Below, piece by piece: positions 22,123 to 30,361 of a stretch of 62,654 bases of DNA. Position 1 is the first letter of the stretch. Each line of letters starts with the position of its first letter. The stretch is from a virus (taxonomy: Duplodnaviria; Caudoviricetes), in the IMG/VR virus record IMGVR_UViG_3300020193_000020, positions 1 through 62,654 of that record; one strand, written 5' to 3'. The notes below the pieces were generated by a model. It ran no database searches. It was not told the DNA's origin and worked only from the letters and a program-made list of their open reading frames with translations. The position numbers and the translations under genes are program-made.

Positions 22123-22686
22123 TTAGAACGGTTGAATGATTCCAAAAGGTAATTTTGGCATTTTTGGAATAGGTATTGTTAATCTTCTAGAATTAACTTT
22201 TCTTATATCAAAATTTTTAAGTTCATCTGCTAATTCTTTTAGTTGCTCTAATTGCTCTTTTCCCATATTTTCTAAACTTTGCAAATTAGCAATAGCTTCA
22301 TCTACCATATTAGATAAATTTTCTAAATCTTGATTTAATTGTTCTGTTGTTTGTTCTGAAATATCTCCATTTTCATCAATAGAATTTAAAGATGCTGCAT
22401 TTTGTATATTTTGAGTTTGATTTGCGATTGTTGATTGTGCTGTATTTAATAATGATTGTATCTGTGAATTGGTTAAATTTGATAATGCTTGTAATGGATT
22501 ATTTTTAATAGCAAATGCTTTTGATATTGGTTTCATAGCAGTTCCAATATCAGGAACTGCTATATAAGCAGCGTATTTTTGTGCTTTTAAAGCTACTTTT
22601 TGCAATTCAAGATTAATTTTTATAATTGCTTTTGCTGGACTTGGGATAGGAATTTTTGGTATTTTAGGTATTTTAAATAATGACAT
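22123..22686 (-). CDS. Hypothetical helical protein with K/I/P-rich termini
   Basis: 187 aa, tightly packed between gp5 and gp25. Confidence 0.7.
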   Translation of the reverse strand: MSLFKIPKIPKIPIPSPAKAIIKINLELQKVALKAQKYAAYIAVPDIGTAMKPISKAFAIKNNPLQALSNLTNSQIQSLLNTAQSTIANQTQNIQNAASLNSIDENGDISEQTTEQLNQDLENLSNMVDEAIANLQSLENMGKEQLEQLKELADELKNFDIRKVNSRRLTIPIPKMPKLPFGIIQPF

Positions 22687-23964
22687 TTATACTACACCTT
22701 GAATGACTGGTTTTCCTACTAGTTTTAATGGTCCTTTTGATGTAATGTTTATCGACTCTGAACTTAGATTTATAGAAGTTAACGCATTTAAATCAATAGA
22801 ACCCGCTGATGAATTAACACTAACAGCTCCAGTTGCTTTAACATCAATAGCACCAGCCTTACTAGCATCTATAGAAATATTTTTACCCGAAATAGATATA
22901 GAACCCTCGTGTGGTGCTTTTACGTCTACTTGTTTACCTTCAACATTTACATGTTTATTTGATAAAACTTGTACTTGTTCTCCTCCAAAAACAGTAACTT
23001 TGCTTGATGCGCTAACTGTAGTATCTCCTTTCGACACACTTATATTTACATTATCAGTTCCCGTAATATGAATATCTTTTGTTGCTATTAAAGTAGCTGA
23101 TCCATTTTTAACTTGTACATCTAAATCTTTACCTACTTCAGCTTTTACATTACCGTTACATACAAAACTACTATCACCTTGAACATATACTGCACAACTT
23201 CCTTGTATATAAACTGTATCATCTTTTACAATAATTTCGTGTTTATTTCCGACAATTTTTGTAACTTCACTACCATCAGGTTGTATTTCTATAAAAGTAC
23301 CTTTTCTATGATATAGATGTAATCTTTCGTTTCCTTTACTTTCAACCTTACCATCCTGATTTGCTTTTGGTGTATCATCAATTTCTATCACATGACCAGA
23401 TTCAGATTCATAAACTTTGTTATATGGATATTTTGCATTATATGCTGGTTCAGGTTCACTCCAAGTTTTTTTGTCATCTAATGCATAAATTTTTAGATCT
23501 TTTTTTCTGCCATCTTTTTTCTGTTGAACAATAGTTTTTTCTATTTCTTCATTTCTAGCTAATCTATTTGTATCTTGTTCTTTTAAGAAATCAGATTTAG
23601 GATAATTACCTTGTGGGTCATTAAAACCTTTATTTTTATCTGATTTTAATTGTGGAACACCACCTAATGTTCCCATAATAATAGGTTCTTGACAATTATC
23701 ACCATCACGAAAGAATCCTACAACCCATGTTCCTTCAACTGGACCAATAGGCGTTTGTCCAACACCATTCATTGACGCTGATGTTATTGGTTGTAAAGGA
23801 AATGCCCAAGGTAAATCTTCTGTTTTTATTTGTGTTTTATCGTCTGTATGAATACCAAGAACACGAACACGAATACGTCCAAGTTTCATTGGATCGTTTC
23901 TATCTTCAACAACACCAGTAAACCAAAAGAAACCATTTTTACCCAAACAATAATTATCAAACAT
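22687..23964 (-). CDS. gp5: Baseplate hub spike (gp5-like, no lysozyme domain)
   Basis: WFTGVVEDRNDPMKLGRIRVR, GPVEGTWVVGFF, YPYNKVYESESGH, C-terminal beta-helix repeats. Confidence 0.92.
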   Translation of the reverse strand: MFDNYCLGKNGFFWFTGVVEDRNDPMKLGRIRVRVLGIHTDDKTQIKTEDLPWAFPLQPITSASMNGVGQTPIGPVEGTWVVGFFRDGDNCQEPIIMGTLGGVPQLKSDKNKGFNDPQGNYPKSDFLKEQDTNRLARNEEIEKTIVQQKKDGRKKDLKIYALDDKKTWSEPEPAYNAKYPYNKVYESESGHVIEIDDTPKANQDGKVESKGNERLHLYHRKGTFIEIQPDGSEVTKIVGNKHEIIVKDDTVYIQGSCAVYVQGDSSFVCNGNVKAEVGKDLDVQVKNGSATLIATKDIHITGTDNVNISVSKGDTTVSASSKVTVFGGEQVQVLSNKHVNVEGKQVDVKAPHEGSISISGKNISIDASKAGAIDVKATGAVSVNSSAGSIDLNALTSINLSSESINITSKGPLKLVGKPVIQGVV

Positions 23965-25237
23965 TAGTTGAATCCTTTACACATGTAGCATGAGTTGTTA
24001 ATTTTTCTGTATTTAAAACATGCTTTAATGTAGTAATTATATATTTACCTGAATATTTTTCATTTATTGGAAACGATTCTCCTGGTTGTGTTGGTCTATC
24101 TAAAGCAATAGCTAATGTAATTACATCACCACAAACTAAATCACAGTTACCAGGAATAACAATATCGCAAACAATATTGTCTAATTGAGCATGTAAAGCA
24201 TATCTTTTCTGTAACCATAAGTTAGATTGATTATCATAAAATTCTAACGTAGGTGGTTTTTTAAAATGTTCAGATTTAACAACATCCCTATGAAAATATT
24301 TATACATAGAATTATAATCTGAAAAATTTTTAGGATTATTTATTTTAGTTTTTTCCAGATGTTTTGTATTTTTAAAATAATCATCATAATCGTATTTTAT
24401 TGTTTCTGATGAATTAATTTGTTTTCCACCATATTGTTTTAATAAGATGTTATGTAATAACAAATTACTTTTATACATACCACTAATTGTATTGTTCTGT
24501 ATATCAATATTTTTAGTAAAATTTAATTCTTGTACACATACATTTGCTAATTCTGAATTATTACTTAAGAATTTTTTGGTGTTAGATGCATATATAAAAT
24601 TATTAGCTGGTTTTTGTGATAATAAACTAGAAAGTGATCTAAGGTGTGTTGTAGACGATGATTCATAACAACAAAATGATGCTGAATCATCATCAGCTAT
24701 AGCATATGTTGATAGTGTGTTTATTAATTTAAAAGGTGCTATGTAAGGCGAAATATAACTAATTGAATTTTTTGTTGATTCAACCTTAATGTTAGAAATA
24801 GATAAATATTGTTTTAAAATTTCTTCTACTATAGCAGATATTTTTCTATTATAAGCCTTACTTATTTTTATTTTGTTATTTAAAATTTCTTCACCTGTAA
24901 TCAAATCTAACATATAACTTTTAGCTTTAGCAGCTTCTTTTTGTGTATTATATATTTTACTAACAAAAAATATTTTTGAGAAATATTTTTTGTCGCTTTG
25001 TGCTTTAAATTTAATTTCTAATGCCTCTCCACCCTTAATTATAAATTCACCATTATTTGAAAGTCTATCTTCAGAATCTAAAATTTTAATCTGAGCAGAC
25101 ATTGTATTTTCAAAAATACTTTGTGTAACATGTAATTCAGTCATTAAACCACGAATATCTACACTTTTACCTTCAGTAATTAAAAGAATTTTATCTATTT
25201 CAAACTTAAAAGGTAAATTGATTTTAATAGAGTCCAT
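23957..25237 (-). CDS. Baseplate hub protein (gp27-like)
   Basis: Between gp53 and gp5; C-terminal IPGN..GDVI..SGKYIITTLKH..KDS pattern. Confidence 0.65.
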   Translation of the reverse strand: MDSIKINLPFKFEIDKILLITEGKSVDIRGLMTELHVTQSIFENTMSAQIKILDSEDRLSNNGEFIIKGGEALEIKFKAQSDKKYFSKIFFVSKIYNTQKEAAKAKSYMLDLITGEEILNNKIKISKAYNRKISAIVEEILKQYLSISNIKVESTKNSISYISPYIAPFKLINTLSTYAIADDDSASFCCYESSSTTHLRSLSSLLSQKPANNFIYASNTKKFLSNNSELANVCVQELNFTKNIDIQNNTISGMYKSNLLLHNILLKQYGGKQINSSETIKYDYDDYFKNTKHLEKTKINNPKNFSDYNSMYKYFHRDVVKSEHFKKPPTLEFYDNQSNLWLQKRYALHAQLDNIVCDIVIPGNCDLVCGDVITLAIALDRPTQPGESFPINEKYSGKYIITTLKHVLNTEKLTTHATCVKDSTNV

Positions 25238-25238
25238 T

Positions 25239-26012
25239 TTAGATTCCCATTAACGATTTAAATTCTTGTTCTATTTGTGGTAAATAACGTTTATCAATAA
25301 TTTTAATTTTTCTCTTTTTATCATTTTCAGATAATTCATAATCCAAAAAACTAACTCCTACTGCCGATAAATCATCACTTGTTGTTATATTACCGTCTAA
25401 ATTTACATAATGATGATTATACGATGATAAGAACGTATACCATTCATTATTATCATTAACTTCAATATTTGTTACTGCATAACCAGCACCATATGATAAA
25501 TATGTTCCTTCTTCTAATACAACACCACCAACAGGAATTACCTTAACTTTCTTTGTGTTGTTATCAACGGAAAATACATAACAACTTGCTAATGGTTTAA
25601 ATGTATTAACGAAGTCTGTATTTTTTACATATCCTAATGAAGCAAAAACGGGATCTGGTGAATTTAATGATGCTGTATCTAGTTCTCCATTTGTATTTAA
25701 TGTTAAAGTATAGGTTTTATACTTTTCTTTTAGATAACGATTAAATTTATCTTCATCCATTACCCAATCATAATTATAATCATTTATTTGATTCGCAAAA
25801 AATAAAACCCAAAAATAATAAGGAGAACCATAATACTTTTCAGCAATAACTTCAGGTGTATCAGAATCTTTTACCGAATATTCATAATATACAAATGAAT
25901 CGTTTAAGAATAAATCTCTCATCTTTATTCTTTTAATAATATCAATCACAATATCATAATCATTTCCGTTATGTGTATAGAATGTTACGGGAAAATTATG
26001 AAAATATGGCAT
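25239..26012 (-). CDS. gp53: Baseplate wedge subunit
   Basis: YFHNFP, LysM-like DTPEVIAEKYYG..WVL..N, YELSENDKKRKIKII. Confidence 0.92.
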   Translation of the reverse strand: MPYFHNFPVTFYTHNGNDYDIVIDIIKRIKMRDLFLNDSFVYYEYSVKDSDTPEVIAEKYYGSPYYFWVLFFANQINDYNYDWVMDEDKFNRYLKEKYKTYTLTLNTNGELDTASLNSPDPVFASLGYVKNTDFVNTFKPLASCYVFSVDNNTKKVKVIPVGGVVLEEGTYLSYGAGYAVTNIEVNDNNEWYTFLSSYNHHYVNLDGNITTSDDLSAVGVSFLDYELSENDKKRKIKIIDKRYLPQIEQEFKSLMGI

Positions 26013-27256
26013 TAGAATCCTTCCGTTATTCTTTTCTTAGTTATTAATTCTAATTCTGTAAATTCTAAAGATAAATCCATAACTACTGGGGCACCCGGAT
26101 CATTATCATTTTCACTTTCAAATGCAGTAAAAATGTTTCCATCATTTCCAGTATAGTTAACAGAAACTCCGGTACAAACACATGTTGATATTTTATTAAG
26201 ATAATCATTTTCTTTAAAAGTCCCTGAAGATGTTTTGCTAAAATATTTAATATCAAATGTTCCAGGAACCATAAAAAACGTATTTAAAAAGTCACTTGCT
26301 AATTCCGGTGCGGAGTTAAACTTAAATGCTTTAATTATTGATCTAGCAATTTCAGATTCTTTTTTTGAATTGGGAGCAAACTTAAAATTAAATCTAAACT
26401 TTCTAAAATCCATGTTATCGAATATAATTTCCATAAATGGATTTGCGGCGATTCCCAATCCTGCGGTTATTGCAGGTTTTCCTGCCGCATCAACCCCTGC
26501 ACCAATTAATCCACCCAAACCTCTTTGTAATATACTACCTAACCCAAAATCATTCATAGTAACACCACGAAAAAAATCTTGACCGTTCATAAAATTAGAT
26601 AGTACACCGGAAGCAATATTTCCTATTCCTTGTAGTGATCCTGCAATTGCTCCACTGGTGCCACTCATAGAAGTATTATTATAATTAATTGTTATGTTTT
26701 CAGTTATGTCATTAGGCATATACATAGCAACAGTTAAATTAGTTCGTTCTTGATTTACTGCTGAAATTGAAGATGATAATGTTCCTAATACAGATTCTGC
26801 TATATTACCAGCATTTATTTTTGAAGAAGTATCTTGTGTAAAAATAAATCCAGGATGAATAACAAGTTCATCCGTAACTAATCTCGCTCTAACACTTTCT
26901 GATAATATACCCATATTCGCTATCTTAATAACAGTATTTTCTATAACTTTATCACCTAATTTTTTCACTCCGGCTATAAAATCTTTTCGATCTTCTTCTG
27001 AATTAGCAATTATAGTTAATTTATCAATTACTGTATTTAATGGAAATTTAGTACTTTTATTTTGATTAAAGAAAAACACAATCATATGATTTGGTGTATT
27101 TTCTCCATCAATAAATTTTTCTGGATATTGAAGAACTAGTCTTTTGGTTTCACCTTCTGCTTCTAAACTACCCAAAGGTGAATTTTTTTTAATATTAGTA
27201 CTGCCGTAGAAATTAATAATTGTACTGCTAGCTAATGGTGTTTCTGTTTCTGTCAT
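26012..27256 (-). CDS. gp48: Baseplate tail-tube cap
   Basis: NPFMEIIF..FRKFRFNFKFAP, CVCTGVSVNYT, LSLEFTELE. Start moved to ATG 27256 to avoid overlapping divergent gp4. Confidence 0.88.
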   Translation of the reverse strand: MTETETPLASSTIINFYGSTNIKKNSPLGSLEAEGETKRLVLQYPEKFIDGENTPNHMIVFFFNQNKSTKFPLNTVIDKLTIIANSEEDRKDFIAGVKKLGDKVIENTVIKIANMGILSESVRARLVTDELVIHPGFIFTQDTSSKINAGNIAESVLGTLSSSISAVNQERTNLTVAMYMPNDITENITINYNNTSMSGTSGAIAGSLQGIGNIASGVLSNFMNGQDFFRGVTMNDFGLGSILQRGLGGLIGAGVDAAGKPAITAGLGIAANPFMEIIFDNMDFRKFRFNFKFAPNSKKESEIARSIIKAFKFNSAPELASDFLNTFFMVPGTFDIKYFSKTSSGTFKENDYLNKISTCVCTGVSVNYTGNDGNIFTAFESENDNDPGAPVVMDLSLEFTELELITKKRITEGF

Positions 27257-27269
27257 ATACATATTATTT

Positions 27270-27704
27270 ATGTACAAAACATATAAAGGAAAATATATTC
27301 CCAAAAATCCAGAAAAATATATTGGTGATATAACTGACATAGTTTATCGTTCTTCTTGGGAAAGAAGATTGATGAAATTTTTAGATTATAACCAAAATGT
27401 AATAAGCTGGTCATCTGAAGAAGCAATTATAAGATATATTTCTCCTATTGATAATAAAATGCATAGGTACTTTATTGACGCATATGCTAAAATTAAAACT
27501 AAAAATGGAGTTAAAACTTATTTAATCGAAGTAAAACCAAAACACCAAACAATTCCTCCGAAAACACCGAAAAGAATAACCAAACAATATAAAGAAGCAT
27601 TAAAAACATATTCTGTAAATTTGGCTAAATGGGATGCAGCTAAAAAAGTTTGTGAGGAAAAAGATTGGCAATTTATGATATTGACCGAGGATCATTTGTT
27701 ATAA
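27270..27704 (+). CDS. gp4: Head completion nuclease
   Basis: YKGKY.PKNPEKY.GD, YRSSWE, WSSEE, EVKP, N.AKW.AA. Confidence 0.95.
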   Translation: MYKTYKGKYIPKNPEKYIGDITDIVYRSSWERRLMKFLDYNQNVISWSSEEAIIRYISPIDNKMHRYFIDAYAKIKTKNGVKTYLIEVKPKHQTIPPKTPKRITKQYKEALKTYSVNLAKWDAAKKVCEEKDWQFMILTEDHLL

Positions 27705-27707
27705 ATA
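27700..27707 (+). promoter_or_regulatory. Late promoter TATAAATA
   Basis: Exact consensus; the gp2 ATG begins 7 nt after it. Confidence 0.7.
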
Positions 27708-27713
27708 CTTAAT

Positions 27714-28370
27714 ATGCGTAAAAAAGAAATTTCTGTTTTTGATCATTATAGAAATCTTAAAACTGACAGAGAAATACTACGCGATAGTAGAAAAGCAGTT
27801 GTATGGTTTAACACACAATTAAAAAAACTTGGCTCTATTCCAGATAGAAAAGTTATATTAACAGATACCGGAAAAAATAGAAAATTAAGAAATGAACCCA
27901 TCTACGGAAAAATGTTTTTGTTTTTTTATGATGCTAAAACTAAAACTGATTTGAATTATTTTGATAGATTTCCTATAGTAATACCTATAGAAAGTGTTAC
28001 TACTAATATTGGTAGTCGAGGTTTTTTGGGATTAAATTTGCATTATTTAGAACCTACATTAAGAATTAGATTTTTAAATTTACTATTTGATATTAAAAAT
28101 AATAAAAGAAACGATGTTACAACTAGATTTACTTTAACATACAAACTTTTAAAAAAGACTAAAAAATTAAAGGCCTTTCAGCCTTGTTTAAAAATTTATT
28201 TAACTGACCCAAGACATATTCAAAGTAGCATGTTAGAGTTAAGTTATCCCGATTGGATAACAGTTAGTATGTTACCTACAGAATTTTTCGTCAGTTATAA
28301 AAGTAAAGCAAGTGGGGCAAAAGTTTCAAATTTAAATGTTTGGTCAGATTCTAGGAGAAAAATAAAGTAA
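27714..28370 (+). CDS. gp2: DNA end protector protein
   Basis: GKMFLFFYDAK..YFDRFP..GFLGLNLHYL..VWSDSR. Confidence 0.93.
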   Translation: MRKKEISVFDHYRNLKTDREILRDSRKAVVWFNTQLKKLGSIPDRKVILTDTGKNRKLRNEPIYGKMFLFFYDAKTKTDLNYFDRFPIVIPIESVTTNIGSRGFLGLNLHYLEPTLRIRFLNLLFDIKNNKRNDVTTRFTLTYKLLKKTKKLKAFQPCLKIYLTDPRHIQSSMLELSYPDWITVSMLPTEFFVSYKSKASGAKVSNLNVWSDSRRKIK

Positions 28371-29338
28371 TGGCAATTAAATTTGATAATATTACTGGTT
28401 TTTTAAACGGAAATAAAGATAGAGCTAAAGGTGGTTCGTCTGGAAAAATAAACGTTAGACCTTCTTTAAATAATATTAGAGCAAATCTCTTAAACAAAAA
28501 TATCGCAAGAACCAATAAATTTGGAGTTACTATTGCATTTGAGGGTGTAAATATTGCTGGTTCTTTACAAAAATTGGTTAAAGAAAAACAAGCGAATTTG
28601 GGTAGTATTGCTGAAAATATTACACAAGCTATTTCTAGTCCCAGAAATGCTATTGATTTTTTTCAAAGAGCATTAACAAATAGTTTATCTGGTCCGATGA
28701 GTAATAATAAAGCTACTTTGTTATTACATTTTTCTTGTTATGCTGCTACTATTCCCGGTCAAACACTAGCTACAACAGATGTTAGAACTTATGGTCCATC
28801 TTACAAAATGCCTTATAATGTAAATTATCAAGATTTAAATCTTGAATTTTATTGTAATGGTGATATGGAACAAAAACATATATTTGATTATTGGTTAACA
28901 AATATACAACCTCCCGGAACATATGATATGAAATATCAGAGTGATTACAAATGTAAGATATTTGTTACTCAATTTAAAGAAACTCCTAAACTAAGAGATT
29001 TTCTTAATGATGAAAATGACAAAGAACGTTTTCACGGTTTAATAAATGCTGGTATTAGTATAGGTTCTAGATTTGATTCAACCGGTTATGTTGATTATGC
29101 TAGACAATACTTATATGATGGTTCCCCAGATCCTTTCGTTGAAGCATCACACACAACAGAAATTTTTGATGCGTATCCAGTTTCAGTAGATCCACTTTCC
29201 ACTTCTTGGGAAGACTCTAATGACTTACATAGATTAAAAGTTTCTTTTGCTTATAGATATTTTACAACAAACCATTATAAATATACTCGTGAAAATCAGG
29301 AAAGAGCACTAACAGGAATTGAATATCATAAAATGTAA
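28370..29338 (+). CDS. gp54: Baseplate tail-tube initiator (tube-fold protein)
   Basis: ARTNKF, C..ATIPG, YGPSYKMPY, FDYW, AYP..L.VSFAYRYF. Confidence 0.78.
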   Translation: MAIKFDNITGFLNGNKDRAKGGSSGKINVRPSLNNIRANLLNKNIARTNKFGVTIAFEGVNIAGSLQKLVKEKQANLGSIAENITQAISSPRNAIDFFQRALTNSLSGPMSNNKATLLLHFSCYAATIPGQTLATTDVRTYGPSYKMPYNVNYQDLNLEFYCNGDMEQKHIFDYWLTNIQPPGTYDMKYQSDYKCKIFVTQFKETPKLRDFLNDENDKERFHGLINAGISIGSRFDSTGYVDYARQYLYDGSPDPFVEASHTTEIFDAYPVSVDPLSTSWEDSNDLHRLKVSFAYRYFTTNHYKYTRENQERALTGIEYHKM

Positions 29339-29447
29339 TAGTAACTCCAATTTCCATAACCATATCCATTTGACTATTGAAGGTAATACTTCAACCAACC
29401 AAACAACCGTATACTGAGGAAGAGGATAATTAAAATTAAGGAATATT

Positions 29448-30170
29448 ATGTCTTTACCAAAAATAAAAACCCCTATTTATGACGTGTTTTTACCTTACAC
29501 AAAAAAACAATTTCAATTTAGACCTTTTCTTGTAAAAGAAGAAAAGATATTAGCAATGGCTTTTGAGGGGAATGATCCTAAAGAAATGACCAGAGCTATG
29601 AAGCAAATTATTAACAATTGTTGTCTTGATAATTTTAACATAGACAAACTCCCAATTTTTGAATTAGAATATTTATTTTTAAAGATTAGATCAAAATCTG
29701 TTAATAACATATCTGAATTGAAATTTCGTTGCAGAAACATGGTTGATAAAGATGGTGAGCAAAAAGAATGCAATACCGTTATCAACTATTCTTTGAACTT
29801 AGATACTATTGAGCTTCCGAAAAAAGATATTTCAAAAGAAGTTGAAATTAACAAAGATTTAACAGTTGTTTTTAAATATCCTACTATTGATTTAGTTAAT
29901 TTATTTAACTCTGAAGAAGATAAAACAGATTTAATTATTAATATGATTGTTTCTTGTATTGATTATTTCTATGACAGTAAAACAACTTATAGAGATTTTA
30001 AATCTGAAGAAGCCAAAGAATTAATTCAATCATTAACTCTAAATGATTTTAAGAAATTAGAACTGTTTTTTCAAAACATTCCTACATTATCACATCAAGA
30101 AATTGTACAATGTCCCTCGTGTAAATATGATCAAATTTTTGAATTCAATGGATTAAAGGATTTTTTTTAA
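29448..30170 (+). CDS. gp26: Baseplate hub assembly protein
   Basis: MSLPKI.TP.Y, FRPFLVKEEKIL, FLKIRSKSV, CxxC, ends GLKDFF. Confidence 0.92.
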   Translation: MSLPKIKTPIYDVFLPYTKKQFQFRPFLVKEEKILAMAFEGNDPKEMTRAMKQIINNCCLDNFNIDKLPIFELEYLFLKIRSKSVNNISELKFRCRNMVDKDGEQKECNTVINYSLNLDTIELPKKDISKEVEINKDLTVVFKYPTIDLVNLFNSEEDKTDLIINMIVSCIDYFYDSKTTYRDFKSEEAKELIQSLTLNDFKKLELFFQNIPTLSHQEIVQCPSCKYDQIFEFNGLKDFF

Positions 30171-30361
30171 TATGCCTTTCCCACACTAATTTAGAAAATA
30201 TCATTCATGTTAATTTCAGTTTAATACAACATCATAAATATTCTTTAACTGAAATTGAAAATATGATACCGTGGGAAAGAGACATTTATGTTGGTTTATT
30301 AGAAAAGTATATTAAAGAAGAAAACGAGAGATTAAAACAACAAAATGCCAGATCAAGATAA
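30161..30361 (+). CDS. gp51: gp51-like baseplate assembly chaperone segment (no upstream start; probably reached by -1 frameshift from gp26)
   Basis: The -1 frame reads FFLICLSHTNLENIIHVNFSLIQHHKYSLTEIENMIPWERDIYVGLLEKYIKEENERLKQQNARSR*; not in the ORF track. Confidence 0.85.
   Translation, partial: FFLICLSHTNLENIIHVNFSLIQHHKYSLTEIENMIPWERDIYVGLLEKYIKEENERLKQQNARSR

Noticed and set aside
27257-27340. N-terminal extension of gp48 in the ORF track
   Set aside because: Overlaps divergent gp4; ATG 27256 fits better.
30172-30193. ATG at 30172 as the gp51 start
   Set aside because: Wrong frame: ATG CCT TTC CCA CAC TAA stops after five codons.
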